62,402 bases of DNA from Candidatus Doudnabacteria bacterium (GTDB lineage Bacteria; Patescibacteriota; Doudnabacteria; UBA920). The notes under the pieces are model-generated. The model made no database searches, had not been told where the DNA came from, and worked only from the letters and a program-made list of their open reading frames with translations. Both the position numbers and the translations under genes were made by a program. Location of the stretch: NCBI GenBank assembly GCA_016218585.1, contig JACRDK010000013.1:1-62402 (forward strand). The letters are read 5' to 3'. Position 1 is the first letter of the stretch. Every line of letters starts with the position of its first letter. Positions 35,393-44,750 of this stretch are shown one piece after another.

Positions 35393-35995
35393 GTGAAATC
35401 TAAGATTGTCGCAAATCCATACCGCCGTTTTTTAAACCGCATCGCTTCCTCTGAGAGGGAGATGGATGTTCTAATGGAGCTTCACGAGCAGCAAGTTGAA
35501 AATTACAGGCAGTCGGCCGGCTCATACGTTGAAAAGCTATTTGAGTTTATCTGTGATAAACTTGAGTCGTCGACGGAGTTTCGTTTAAAGCCGCACTGGT
35601 TTTTTCAATTTGAAACCATGTTTTCGTTTTGCCCCACTAGCGAACACGCGGTGATGGGTCGAAATGCCTGGTTGCAGGACTTGTTGTACTCCGGAGAAGT
35701 TTGCTCGCGGGAGTTGTATTTTGAAGAAATGAACCGCAAGCTCTTGTTTTCCGGTAAATCCCAGACTTTTCAGCAAATTGGCTGTGAGATTTCCATGCTT
35801 TTTATGCCCCTGGAGGAGTTCATAGATGTGCGCCTGATTGTTCTTGAAGGGGAGAGAGAAGTAAGGAGAAAATCAGTTTGGGATAATGGTTCAGACGGAA
35901 AGCTGCACCGCCGCAAGCGATTGGTATCTGTTAAATATCCCGACCGGGCTTATCTCAAGCTTACGCTGCTTAAAGTCCCCAAACTCAAAGGGTGA
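35393..35995 (+). CDS. Orphan hypothetical protein in a repeat-bracketed cassette
   Basis: GTG 35393 lies 7 nt after aaggagg; 200 aa. I recognise no motif. Confidence 0.55.
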   Translation: MKSKIVANPYRRFLNRIASSEREMDVLMELHEQQVENYRQSAGSYVEKLFEFICDKLESSTEFRLKPHWFFQFETMFSFCPTSEHAVMGRNAWLQDLLYSGEVCSRELYFEEMNRKLLFSGKSQTFQQIGCEISMLFMPLEEFIDVRLIVLEGEREVRRKSVWDNGSDGKLHRRKRLVSVKYPDRAYLKLTLLKVPKLKG

Positions 35996-36021
35996 CTCTC
36001 CCGTCTCGCTACGCAACAAGC

Positions 36022-36057
36022 AAGGCCCGCTTCGATTCGTCGGAGCGGGCTTTTGTT
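36022..36057 (+). terminator. Duplicated terminator hairpin (repeat copy 2)
   Basis: Identical core gcccgcttcgattcgtcggagcgggc plus tttt. Confidence 0.85.
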
Positions 36058-36123
36058 GTCAGTATTATCTGTTTTGTATCCACGCCAGCCTATCGGTAGA
36101 CAGGGCAGGCAGGTATTTGCGAT

Positions 36124-37647
36124 TTATTTTTTTCTAAAAAACTTGGGAAGGGTAAAATCTTTTAGCTTTAATTCTTTAATTCTTTGCAAAATTCCGCTGT
36201 CGTGTTCGGTTAAATAGTGGCGGATTTTATTGCGCGCGCTGTGGGTTTTAGCTGCCTTAAGCCAGTCCCGGGAAATAACAGCTTCTTTTTTAGTTTTAAT
36301 AATTTCCACTACGTCTTCATTTTCCAGTTGGTCATATATGCTGCGCATTTTGCCGTTAATTTTTGCGCCCATCATATGGTAGCCCAAATCGGTATGCACG
36401 GCAAAAGCAAAATCTATTACGCTGCTGCCTTGGGGAAGGTCTTTAATGTCGCCCTTAGGAGTGAAGACAAAAATACGGTCTCGGAAAAAATCTATTTTTA
36501 AGCTTTCCAAAAATTCATCCGGATTGGTGGTTTCTTCCTGCCAACTTTGCAGTTCTTTTATCCATTTGGCCTGCAAACGCCCGGCGCTTTCGGGTTTGCC
36601 TTCCTCGGCGTAAAACCAGTGGGCGGCAACTCCGCGTTCGGCTTCTTCGTGCATTAGGTCGGTGCGGATTTGGATTTCAAAAGTTTTGCCGTTGCTGCCA
36701 AACACAGTGGTGTGAATGCTTTGGTAGCCGTTGGGCTTTGGGTTGGCAATAAAATCTTTAATTCTTCCCGGCACCGGCTGAAAGTGTTTGTGAATGACTC
36801 CTAAAGCCGCGTAGCAGTCGGAAGTGGATTTGGTAATAATTCTTAAAGCAATGAAATCATGAATTTTAGTAATATCGCCCTCATATTTTTCCAGTTTGCG
36901 GAAGAGGGAATAGAGGCGCTTAACGCGGCCGGTGACATCTTGAAATTTTATGCCCTCGGTGCGAAGAATATGGGTAAGGTTTTTTTGCATATCCTTATTT
37001 CCTTCTTCGCGGCTTTCCAGCTCCTTGTCCAACAATTCTTTGGTGCTGGCGTATTCTTTTGGAAACACAATTTTAAAAGACAAATCTTCCAGCTCATCTT
37101 TCCAATTACCAATACCCAAACGCCCGGCAATCGGCGCGTATATTTCCAAAGTTTCTTTGGCAACCTTAATTTGTTTTTCCGGGGGGATGAATTCTATTGT
37201 CCGCATATTGTGCATGCGGTCGGATAGCTTAATTAAAATAACACGAATATCCTGGCTGGTGGCAATAAAAAGTTTGCGCAGGTTTTCCACATAGAATTTA
37301 TCCTTGCTGTTTTTCATTCTAACGTGGCCAAGCTGGGTGACGCCGTCAATTAGCCTGGCAATTTCTTCGCCAAAAAGTTCCGTAATATTTTCTAAAGTAA
37401 CAGTAGTGTCTTCCGGCACATCGTGAAGCAGGGTGGCGGCCAAAGTGGGAACATCCGGAAACAGCTGTCCCAAAATTATAGCGGCCTCGCGTCCGTGAAT
37501 AAAATAATCTTCTCCGCTTTTGCGTTTTTGCCCATGGTGGGCCTTTTGCGCGAATTCGTAAGCGCGCTGAATAACAGCCTCTTCATCGGCTTTAAATTTA
37601 TGCGGAATTGAGTTTAAAAAGTCTTTAAAATATTTCATTAAAGGCAT
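36124..37647 (-). CDS. rel: Bifunctional RelA/SpoT homolog ((p)ppGpp synthetase/hydrolase)
   Basis: 507 aa with an HD domain (HGQKRKSGEDYFIH..LLHDVPEDT), synthetase domain (NGYQSIHTTV) and TGS (IFVFTPKGDIKDLPQGSSVIDFAFAVH). Confidence 0.93.
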   Translation of the reverse strand: MPLMKYFKDFLNSIPHKFKADEEAVIQRAYEFAQKAHHGQKRKSGEDYFIHGREAAIILGQLFPDVPTLAATLLHDVPEDTTVTLENITELFGEEIARLIDGVTQLGHVRMKNSKDKFYVENLRKLFIATSQDIRVILIKLSDRMHNMRTIEFIPPEKQIKVAKETLEIYAPIAGRLGIGNWKDELEDLSFKIVFPKEYASTKELLDKELESREEGNKDMQKNLTHILRTEGIKFQDVTGRVKRLYSLFRKLEKYEGDITKIHDFIALRIITKSTSDCYAALGVIHKHFQPVPGRIKDFIANPKPNGYQSIHTTVFGSNGKTFEIQIRTDLMHEEAERGVAAHWFYAEEGKPESAGRLQAKWIKELQSWQEETTNPDEFLESLKIDFFRDRIFVFTPKGDIKDLPQGSSVIDFAFAVHTDLGYHMMGAKINGKMRSIYDQLENEDVVEIIKTKKEAVISRDWLKAAKTHSARNKIRHYLTEHDSGILQRIKELKLKDFTLPKFFRKK

Positions 37648-37809
37648 TATAACATAGCAGTGTTTTTAATGTATAATTAAAATACAAATTTACAAATTAA
37701 CGAATTATACCTGCCTGCCTGTGGGAAGGTAAATAATTACAGATTCCTTCAAAAAGGATTAGTTGTTATTTGTTTCATTTGTCTAATCCGTATATTAGTA
37801 TCTTCTATT

Positions 37810-38736
37810 ATGCCTGAATTGCCCGAAGTGCAGACCGTAGTAAACGAGTTAAATAGGAAATTAAAAAATCGGACCATTAAGTCCGTTGTTGTTAATGCGC
37901 CAAAAATGGTGGCGGTGGGGCCAGGCGTTGTGTCAAACATTAGGCGAGTTAAAAGTTCTCAAGTTAGCAAGTTTATCAAGTTGCTGCAGGGACACAAAAT
38001 AATTAGCGTAAAACGCCGGGCGAAATTATTAATTTTTGATTTTTCCGGTCCGTTGTCTATGCTGGTTCATTTAAAGATGACCGGACAATTTATTTTTGAG
38101 GACAAAAAGCTTCGCGAGCTTACGGGAGGGGAGTACCGCTTGCTTAATCGCCCCACTGCGCCAAAAGTTTTGCTGCCCTCCAAGCATACGCATGTTATTT
38201 TTTCTTTTACTGACGGCAGTACTTTGTATTTTAACGATATTCGAAAATTTGGATATATTAAATTAGTAAGTGACAATGAAATAGGCCAGGTTCGGGAATT
38301 AAAAGAATACGGTCCGGAGCCGCTGGAAAAAAAGTTTACTTTGGAAGCATTTTTTGCTGCAATTAAGAAACGCGCCCGTAGCCCCATTAAGCTCGCTTTA
38401 ATGGACACAAAAGTTGTTGCCGGTATTGGCAATATTTATTCCGACGAAATCCTTTTCCATGCAGGAGTAAGGCCAATGAGGTTGGTATCAAGTATTAAGA
38501 ATCAAGAATTAAGGGAAATATATCACAATATTAAAAAGGTGCTTAAGATAGCCATTAAGGCCAAAGGCTCTAGCGTGGGAGATTTTGTCCGAACCGATGG
38601 CAGCTGGGGGCAAATGGGTAAATTTCACTTTGTTTATGGCCGGGCTAAGCAGAAATGTAAAAAATGCGGTACAATAATAGAAAGCCTAAAATTAGGAGGC
38701 AGAACGGCAAGTTTTTGCCCGAAATGCCAGAAGTAA
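37810..38736 (+). CDS. mutM: Formamidopyrimidine-DNA glycosylase
   Basis: 308 aa with N-terminal MPELPEV, an H2TH region and a C-terminal CxxC..CxxC zinc finger. A word-like stretch lies at 38494-38514. Confidence 0.92.
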   Translation: MPELPEVQTVVNELNRKLKNRTIKSVVVNAPKMVAVGPGVVSNIRRVKSSQVSKFIKLLQGHKIISVKRRAKLLIFDFSGPLSMLVHLKMTGQFIFEDKKLRELTGGEYRLLNRPTAPKVLLPSKHTHVIFSFTDGSTLYFNDIRKFGYIKLVSDNEIGQVRELKEYGPEPLEKKFTLEAFFAAIKKRARSPIKLALMDTKVVAGIGNIYSDEILFHAGVRPMRLVSSIKNQELREIYHNIKKVLKIAIKAKGSSVGDFVRTDGSWGQMGKFHFVYGRAKQKCKKCGTIIESLKLGGRTASFCPKCQK

Positions 38737-38761
38737 TATTGAACATTATTAATTTATAAAT

Positions 38762-38989
38762 ATGGAAACAAATCAACCGCAGCCACAAAACAATCAGTCG
38801 CCATCAGCTATGCCAACCGAGCAAATGCTTGTTGAGATTTTAGAAAATACGCGCAAGACCAAAAATTATATGAAGTGGTCTTTGTATATTACAATTGTGT
38901 TGGTTGTTTTGCCGCTACTCGCCGCTTTATTTATTGTTCCGTTTGCTATGCAAAGTTTAACTTCAACTTATGGAAGCTTAATACAATAA
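38762..38989 (+). CDS. Small membrane protein (75 aa)
   Basis: Gln/Pro-rich N-terminus and one TM (LYITIVLVVLPLLAALFIVPF). Its last 15 codons are duplicated at 39466-39517. Confidence 0.55.
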   Translation: METNQPQPQNNQSPSAMPTEQMLVEILENTRKTKNYMKWSLYITIVLVVLPLLAALFIVPFAMQSLTSTYGSLIQ

Positions 38990-38991
38990 TT
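38941..38991 (+). repeat. Direct repeat copy 1 (3-prime coding end of the small membrane protein)
   Basis: gtttgctatgcaaagtttaacttcaacttatggaagcttaatacaataatt, encoding FAMQSLTSTYGSLIQ*. Confidence 0.8.
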
Positions 38992-39462
38992 ATGTCGCAC
39001 ATTCACGAAAAAATCGATTTCACCGCAGATGCCTTTATTGTCCACAAAAATAAAGTTCTGTTAAGAATTCATGACAAATATCATGTTTGGTTGCAGATTG
39101 GCGGGCATATTGAACTTAACGAAGATCCCATAGAAGCTCTTTTTAGAGAGATTGAAGAAGAATGCGGTCTTAAGACTGAACTGGTAGGGGACCGCGGAGA
39201 AATTTTTGATGAGCGAAATAAGCGTTTGCCGGTGCCAAGATTTTTACACCGGCACAAAATTAAACAAGGCGAGGTTCATGAACATATTAATTGTATATAT
39301 GTATTAAAAGCCTTAACAACAGAAATAAAGCCTCGTGAAAATGAAGTGCCTACAGAGTTTAAATGGTTTACAAGTGAAGAGCTAAGCAATCCACAATATG
39401 AAATTCTCCCTCACGTGCAATTTTACGCTAAAGAAGCTATAAAAATCGCGGCACAAGACTAA
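38992..39462 (+). CDS. NUDIX hydrolase
   Basis: ATG 38992; 156 aa; Nudix box GGHIELNEDPIEALFREIEEECGL. Confidence 0.85.
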   Translation: MSHIHEKIDFTADAFIVHKNKVLLRIHDKYHVWLQIGGHIELNEDPIEALFREIEEECGLKTELVGDRGEIFDERNKRLPVPRFLHRHKIKQGEVHEHINCIYVLKALTTEIKPRENEVPTEFKWFTSEELSNPQYEILPHVQFYAKEAIKIAAQD

Positions 39463-39465
39463 AGT

Positions 39466-39517
39466 TTGCCATGCAAAGTTTAAAAGCTTCTTACGGGAGC
39501 TTGATATAATAATTATT
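39466..39517 (+). repeat. Direct repeat copy 2 (orphaned paralog of the 38941-38991 coding end)
   Basis: gtttgccatgcaaagtttaaaagcttcttacgggagcttgatataataatt would encode FAMQSLKASYGSLI*. Several of the differences are synonymous. Confidence 0.8.
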
Positions 39518-39601
39518 TATCCACTAATTCACGAATCAACACAAATATCACTAATCCTGATTTCGTGTAATTCGTGCTATTAGTGAATTCGTGGACTATT
39601 T

Positions 39602-39946
39602 ATGCAGGACGACAAATGGCAGGAGTTAATTGAAACAGCCAAAAAACATTTTAAGAACGTGTCTTTGTCTACCGAAGACTTAATAATGGACACGCAGGAC
39701 GGCCCGGTTAAACACGGTACGCAAGACGTGTTAATTTTCCAAAATGCCGCCGGCCATTTTAAAGTGGTGCGTGAAAACAAGCCGGTAGTATTGGAAAAAA
39801 AAGAAATGTTTTCTCATCGCGCCGGCCAATCGGCGCAGGCCCAGTATAAATTTTCAAACACAGAGCTGTCTCACAAACTGCGCGTGTTTAAAGAAATAGA
39901 TTTTGATGACTGGGAAGAAATTACTTTAGATAAATTGGGAATCTAA
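39602..39946 (+). CDS. Hypothetical protein
   Basis: 114-aa ORF with host-like composition; no motif recognised. Confidence 0.5.
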   Translation: MQDDKWQELIETAKKHFKNVSLSTEDLIMDTQDGPVKHGTQDVLIFQNAAGHFKVVRENKPVVLEKKEMFSHRAGQSAQAQYKFSNTELSHKLRVFKEIDFDDWEEITLDKLGI

Positions 39947-39977
39947 TGAAATTAAGATATTGAGAAATTAAGAAATT

Positions 39978-40370
39978 ATGGAACATTCAGCCAAAAGTTC
40001 CTACATAATTTTACAAAATTTAGAAGTATATAAGTTGGCCAGAGAACTGTCCAAAGTTGGTTGGATAATATATGGGAAGTTAGATTGGCAAACGAAAAAA
40101 ATTAACGGCGATCAATTTATTGAGTCAACAGATTCAGTTGGTGCTAATATTGCAGAAGGGTACGGGAGGTTTCATTTTCTTGATAAAATTAAATTTTACT
40201 ACAATGCTCGCGGTTCTTTTTTAGAATGCTACGAGCACTGGATTGAATTGATGTTTGAACGAAAAATGGTTGTAAAAGATGACTATTTATCTTATAAAGA
40301 TATTGGCCAAAAATTATCTTTGAAGTTGAATCATTTCATTGCCGCTAATTATAAGGCAAAGTCTCAATAG
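39978..40370 (+). CDS. Four-helix-bundle protein (23S rRNA intervening-sequence protein family, TIGR02436-like)
   Basis: 130 aa. L.VY..A..L....W........W....I..Q...S..SVGANIAEGYGR....D...F...ARGS..E fits the family pattern. It is flanked by inverted GAAATTATG/CATAATTTC words. Confidence 0.8.
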   Translation: MEHSAKSSYIILQNLEVYKLARELSKVGWIIYGKLDWQTKKINGDQFIESTDSVGANIAEGYGRFHFLDKIKFYYNARGSFLECYEHWIELMFERKMVVKDDYLSYKDIGQKLSLKLNHFIAANYKAKSQ

Positions 40371-40398
40371 TTTCATAATTTCCAGTTTCATAATTTCA

Positions 40399-41367
40399 AT
40401 GATTTTTATGCTTAAAAATCGAATTCTTTCAACTTTAAAATTTTTTGATCTGCAGGACTATCCGCTTACTCTTTTGGAGTTGCGGCGTTTTTTAATTGCT
40501 CCTAAAGAAAACCTTAGCTTGCAAATAGACGGCAGCGGCGAAATTATTGCAACTAATTTGTCGCCCGACCCCATAGCCCCGGTTTTAGCCGATGAAATTT
40601 TAAAATGCCTGGAAAATGATTGCCAGGCAGAGGTAAAAAATATTTTTGGCTTTTACTATTTAAACGGCAGGGAAAATCTTGTTAAACAGCGTTTGGAGAA
40701 TTATTATTTTGGCATTAATAGGGAAAAGCAAATAAACCGTTTTATTAAAGGTTTGCGCCATTTACCTTTTGTGCGCGGTGTTGCCCTGGCCGGGAGTCAG
40801 GCAATGGGCCAGCAAAAAGAAACCTCGGACATAGACTTGTTTATAGTAGTTTGTCCCGGATATATGTGGCTGGCGCGCACTTTAATTACCGGGTACTTTC
40901 AAGTTTTGGGGAAAAGGCGTTATGGCCAATATATTGCCAACCGTTTTTGCCTGAATCATTATATTATGGGGCCGAAAGAAATTACTAATTTAAAAAATCT
41001 TTACACCGCCTCGGAATACTTAAAGTTGCGCCCGTTAATTTACGAGCACAGTATTTGGCAATTCCAAAAAATTAATGAACAGTGGTTGAAAATTTTTTTC
41101 CCAAATTTTGCCTTAACAGAACCGGCAGCCGGCAAGCAAAGTTTGGTACAGAAAGCTTTTGAGTATTTGTTAGATAATTCTTTTGGCCGCTGGATTAATG
41201 AAGTGCTAAAAAATTGGCAGCTGCCAAAAATCCGCACCGAAAAGTTTATTGTGGTGGAAGAAGATGAACTGTCTTTTCATCCCGAAAGCAAACAGCAGAG
41301 GCTACTGTCCGATTTTAACAAATTCCAAAAGCAAGAACAGCGGGTAGCGGAAGAGCTTGTAGTTTAG
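40399..41367 (+). CDS. Pol-beta-superfamily nucleotidyltransferase domain protein
   Basis: ATG 40399; 322 aa; the NTase motif is GVALAGSQAMGQQKETSDIDLFIV (GS..x..DxD). Confidence 0.7.
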   Translation: MIFMLKNRILSTLKFFDLQDYPLTLLELRRFLIAPKENLSLQIDGSGEIIATNLSPDPIAPVLADEILKCLENDCQAEVKNIFGFYYLNGRENLVKQRLENYYFGINREKQINRFIKGLRHLPFVRGVALAGSQAMGQQKETSDIDLFIVVCPGYMWLARTLITGYFQVLGKRRYGQYIANRFCLNHYIMGPKEITNLKNLYTASEYLKLRPLIYEHSIWQFQKINEQWLKIFFPNFALTEPAAGKQSLVQKAFEYLLDNSFGRWINEVLKNWQLPKIRTEKFIVVEEDELSFHPESKQQRLLSDFNKFQKQEQRVAEELVV

Positions 41368-42045
41368 GTCAAATTTTTTACTGTCCTGCGCGGAAGTAAT
41401 TTCTGTTTTTTGTTTTAATTTCAGCCCGGCGGCGCCTGCGGCTAATAAATAGTTTTCCATTGTGTAATAAAAACAAGGGATTTTGCTGTTGCCGAAATAG
41501 CGCTGGAATTTAGTACCGCCCGAGGGCGGTTTTTTAAATATTAATTTTGGCTTTCTCCAAAAAATAACATCGGCCAGGCTTCTGTGCCAAACCGCTGCCG
41601 GGGAAGTGAACTCCGGGTTAGGTATGGTTATAATTAGCGAGGATTTTGGTTTAAGGGCAACAGAAAGGTTTTTAAAAGCCAAGCTTAAATTTTCCAAATC
41701 CGGCGCAGCCATATTTAAAATTATTGCGTCAAAATTATTGGCAGGGTAGGGAAGCGGTTTTTCCAGCCCGCATTCCGCAAAGGGAATTTTTGGAAAGTGA
41801 GTTTGGGCAAACTTAATTAGCAGCGGAGAAGAATCGCATGCCTCAATGCCGGGATAACTCTTCTGCAAATGGCCGGCGAGCCAGCCGGAGCCGCAGGCTG
41901 CGTCTAAAATTTTGGTTTGCGGATTTTGGGGGAGGTGGCGTAAAATCTCCCGGCTTAAGACCTGCTGCTGAATTTTACCATCAATAGAATTAAGGAAATC
42001 CAGGTATTTTATAGCCGCGTCCGCAGCTTGATAAGCATTATTCAT
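41302..42045 (-). CDS. Class I SAM-dependent methyltransferase
   Basis: 247 aa with motif I ILDAACGSGWL. Its 3-prime end overlaps the convergent NTase gene by 66 nt. Confidence 0.8.
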   Translation of the reverse strand: MNNAYQAADAAIKYLDFLNSIDGKIQQQVLSREILRHLPQNPQTKILDAACGSGWLAGHLQKSYPGIEACDSSPLLIKFAQTHFPKIPFAECGLEKPLPYPANNFDAIILNMAAPDLENLSLAFKNLSVALKPKSSLIITIPNPEFTSPAAVWHRSLADVIFWRKPKLIFKKPPSGGTKFQRYFGNSKIPCFYYTMENYLLAAGAAGLKLKQKTEITSAQDSKKFDLNYKLFRYPLFLLLEFVKIGQ

Positions 42046-42083
42046 AATGGTATTATATCACGGCAGGATAAGAGGTTTACATA

Positions 42084-42110
42084 TTATCACTCCATTTGAC
42101 AGAGTGATAA
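42084..42110. promoter_or_regulatory. CIRCE-like inverted repeat (TTATCACTC-N9-GAGTGATAA)
   Basis: Perfect 9-bp arms with a 9-nt spacer, overlapping the -35 of the groES promoter. Canonical CIRCE is TTAGCACTC-N9-GAGTGCTAA. Confidence 0.7.
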
Positions 42111-42125
42111 AAGATGCACTATAAT
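42096..42125 (+). promoter_or_regulatory. groESL promoter (TTGACA-18-TATAAT)
   Basis: Consensus hexamers about 40 nt upstream of groES. Confidence 0.7.
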
Positions 42126-42163
42126 CCAATTATAAACTGATAATTAAGTTAAGGAGCAAACTT

Positions 42164-42469
42164 ATGAAAGTAAAACCCTTAGGTAACCGGGTACTGGTAA
42201 AACAGCTTTCCAGCGAGGAAGTAACCAAAAGCGGAATAGTTTTACCGGCTACCGCGGACAAAGAAAAAAAAGCGCAAGGAAAAATTGTAGAATTAGGCAA
42301 TGGCAGCGAAATTTCTTCTTTGGGCCTGAAAGTTGGCGACACTGTTGTGTTTGGCAAATATGCCGGCGAAGAAGTTGAGATGGAAGAAAATGGCGAAAAA
42401 ACCGAATATAAAATTTTATATGTCGGCAAAGAAAAAGACGATAGCGATGTTCTAGCGATTATTGAATAA
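42164..42469 (+). CDS. groES: Co-chaperonin GroES
   Basis: 101 aa; MKVKPLGNRVLVK... Confidence 0.97.
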   Translation: MKVKPLGNRVLVKQLSSEEVTKSGIVLPATADKEKKAQGKIVELGNGSEISSLGLKVGDTVVFGKYAGEEVEMEENGEKTEYKILYVGKEKDDSDVLAIIE

Positions 42470-42573
42470 CAATTAATATAATCCGAATAATACGAATGGC
42501 TGCAATCCAAATAACCCGAAAGGGGAGCATTTGGGGGCATTCGGATAATTATTCGGAGCATTAGGATTATTTT

Positions 42574-44238
42574 ATGTCCAAGATAATAAAATATGGCTTT
42601 GAAGCCAAGCAGGCCATTAAGGCCGGCGTAGACAAATCCGCCAATGCGGTAAGGGTAACATTGGGGCCTACCGGCAAAGCGGTGATTTTAGATAAAGGTT
42701 TTGGCAGCCCGACTATTACCGATGACGGCGTTACCGTTGCCAAAGACATTGAATTGGAAGATAAGTTTGAAAATATCGGCGCTTCTTTAATTTCCGAAGT
42801 AGCCAACAAAACCAACGAAGCAGCCGGAGACGGCACTACCACCGCTACGGTTTTGGCGCAGACAATGATTCAGGAAGCTTTTGAAGCAGCAGCCTTGGCT
42901 AGCACTCAGGCTAATGAAATTAAAAAAGGCATGGATGCCGCGGTTCGCTTTGTGGTTAATGAATTGAATAAAGTAAAAAAAGACGTAAAGAATAAAGAAG
43001 AGGTGCAGCAAGTGGCGACCATTGCTTCTTTGGACGAAGAAGTTGGCAAGCTGATTGCCGAGGCGATGGAAGAAGTTGGCCATGACGGCGTAATTACCGT
43101 AGAAGAAGGCCAGACCACCGGATTGGAAAAAGAAGTTGTTAAGGGTATGCGCTTTGACAAGGGTTTTGTAAATCCGTATATGGTAACCAATGCCGAGAGA
43201 ATGGAAGCTGTTTGGGAAGACCCGTATATTTTAATTACCGACAAGAAAGTTTCTAGTGTTCAGGACATTTTGCCGCTGCTAGAAAAAGTGGCGCAAAGCG
43301 GCAAAAAAGATTTGGTAATTATTGCCGACGAGGTGGAAGGCGAAGCCTTAACTACTTTTGTGTTGAATAAATTGCGCGGCACCTTTAATGTGCTGGCCGT
43401 TAAGGCTCCGGGTTTTGGCGATCGCCGCAAAGAAATGTTGCAAGATATTGCCATTTTAACCGGCGGAACCGTAATTACCGAAGATATGGGTTTGAAATTA
43501 GACAAGACTGAAATTGCAGACCTGGGACGCGCTCATAAAGTTATTTCTACCAAAGAACACACCACGATTGTTGACGGCAAAGGCGAAAAGAAAAATATTG
43601 AAGATCGCGTAAATCAAATTAAAGCGGAAATAAAAAATTCCACTTCCGATTTTGATAAAGAAAAGTTGCAGGAAAGAATGGCCAGGTTGTCCGGCGGAAT
43701 TGGCGTAATTAAAGTTGGAGCTTTTACCGAAACGGAAATGAAAGCCAAGAAATTTAAAATTGAAGATGCGCTTAACGCCACCAAGGCGGCTGTAGAAGAG
43801 GGGATTGTAGCCGGAGGCGGCGCGGCCTTAACCAAGATTGCTCCGCTACTTGAAGCGGAAATGGCCAAGGCCACCGGCGCGCAAAAAACCGGTTATAAAA
43901 TTGTGCGCAAATCTTTGGAAGCTCCGTTGAGGCAAATTGCCGCCAACTCTGGCGTGGAGCCGACCGGCGTTATTACCTACATCCAAACCGGCGGCCCGCA
44001 TGCGGGATACGATTTTACCAAATACGACGAAGCCGATTGGGGTAAAGGCAAAGTGGAAGATATGATGAAGGCCGGAATTGTTGATCCGGTAAAAGTTACC
44101 CGCTTGGCTTTGGAGAACGCCGTGTCTATTGCTTCTACTTTAGTAACTACCGAAGCCATTGTTGTAGACAAGCCCGAACCGAAGTCCGCTGAGCCTGCTC
44201 CTGGAGGAATGGGCGGCGGTATGGGCGGAATGTACTAA
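42574..44238 (+). CDS. groEL: Chaperonin GroEL
   Basis: 554 aa with [12 protein letters not shown] and a C-terminal [11 protein letters not shown] tail. Confidence 0.98.
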   Translation: MSKIIKYGFEAKQAIKAGVDKSANAVRVTLGPTGKAVILDKGFGSPTITDDGVTVAKDIELEDKFENIGASLISEVANKTNEAAGDGTTTATVLAQTMIQEAFEAAALASTQANEIKKGMDAAVRFVVNELNKVKKDVKNKEEVQQVATIASLDEEVGKLIAEAMEEVGHDGVITVEEGQTTGLEKEVVKGMRFDKGFVNPYMVTNAERMEAVWEDPYILITDKKVSSVQDILPLLEKVAQSGKKDLVIIADEVEGEALTTFVLNKLRGTFNVLAVKAPGFGDRRKEMLQDIAILTGGTVITEDMGLKLDKTEIADLGRAHKVISTKEHTTIVDGKGEKKNIEDRVNQIKAEIKNSTSDFDKEKLQERMARLSGGIGVIKVGAFTETEMKAKKFKIEDALNATKAAVEEGIVAGGGAALTKIAPLLEAEMAKATGAQKTGYKIVRKSLEAPLRQIAANSGVEPTGVITYIQTGGPHAGYDFTKYDEADWGKGKVEDMMKAGIVDPVKVTRLALENAVSIASTLVTTEAIVVDKPEPKSAEPAPGGMGGGMGGMY

Positions 44239-44245
44239 ATCGCAG

Positions 44246-44267
44246 ACCTGCCTGCCGGCAGGCAGGT
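44246..44267. repeat. ACCTGCCTGCCGGCAGGCAGGT perfect 22-bp palindrome
   Basis: Perfect dyad 8 nt after the groEL stop. Confidence 0.9.
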
Positions 44268-44295
44268 GCGCTGATAAAAACAGATAGCGCAGATC

Positions 44296-44328
44296 AAACC
44301 CCGTCCCGATAACTCGGGACGGGGGTTT
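44296..44328 (+). terminator. Rho-independent terminator after groEL
   Basis: aaaccccgtcccga-taac-tcgggacgggggttt. Confidence 0.8.
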
Positions 44329-44344
44329 GTGATATAATGCAATT

Positions 44345-44665
44345 ATGAAAAAAGAGCCATCAGACATTACCGGTTTTAATCCTGAAAAAATAAGCAGAGA
44401 AACCAGTTTGTCAGCAATTAAACAGGAATTATTAAGTTCTGCCGATGCGCTGCATGATGAAATTGGCAGGGCAGAGGATTTGAAATTTTTCAGCCCTGAA
44501 GTGATTGCCTATTTTCAGGTGAAAATTGATCAGTATTGCATGACTTTCGGTGTATCCGCCGATGATTTTTGGCAGGAAATTAATGCTTGGATAGATAGCT
44601 CGAATCATCAATCACAGGCTGTGTTAAGAAGGCTTGAACAAGCAATACGAATTCCCTCACACTAA
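44345..44665 (+). CDS. Hypothetical protein
   Basis: 106-aa ORF preceded by an extended -10 (tgtgatataat); no motif recognised. Confidence 0.5.
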   Translation: MKKEPSDITGFNPEKISRETSLSAIKQELLSSADALHDEIGRAEDLKFFSPEVIAYFQVKIDQYCMTFGVSADDFWQEINAWIDSSNHQSQAVLRRLEQAIRIPSH

Positions 44666-44721
44666 AATTAAATAATTTTTGGCTTAAATAAAGGTATTTT
44701 AAATAAAATCGCCCTTTGGTC

Positions 44722-44750
44722 TTGACAAAAGGGCGGTTTTGGCGTATACT
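44722..44750 (+). promoter_or_regulatory. Sigma-70-like promoter (TTGACA-17-TATACT) embedded in a terminator hairpin
   Basis: Hexamers with a 17-nt spacer. The -35 sits in the loop of cgcccttt..aaagggcg (44710-44736). Confidence 0.5.
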
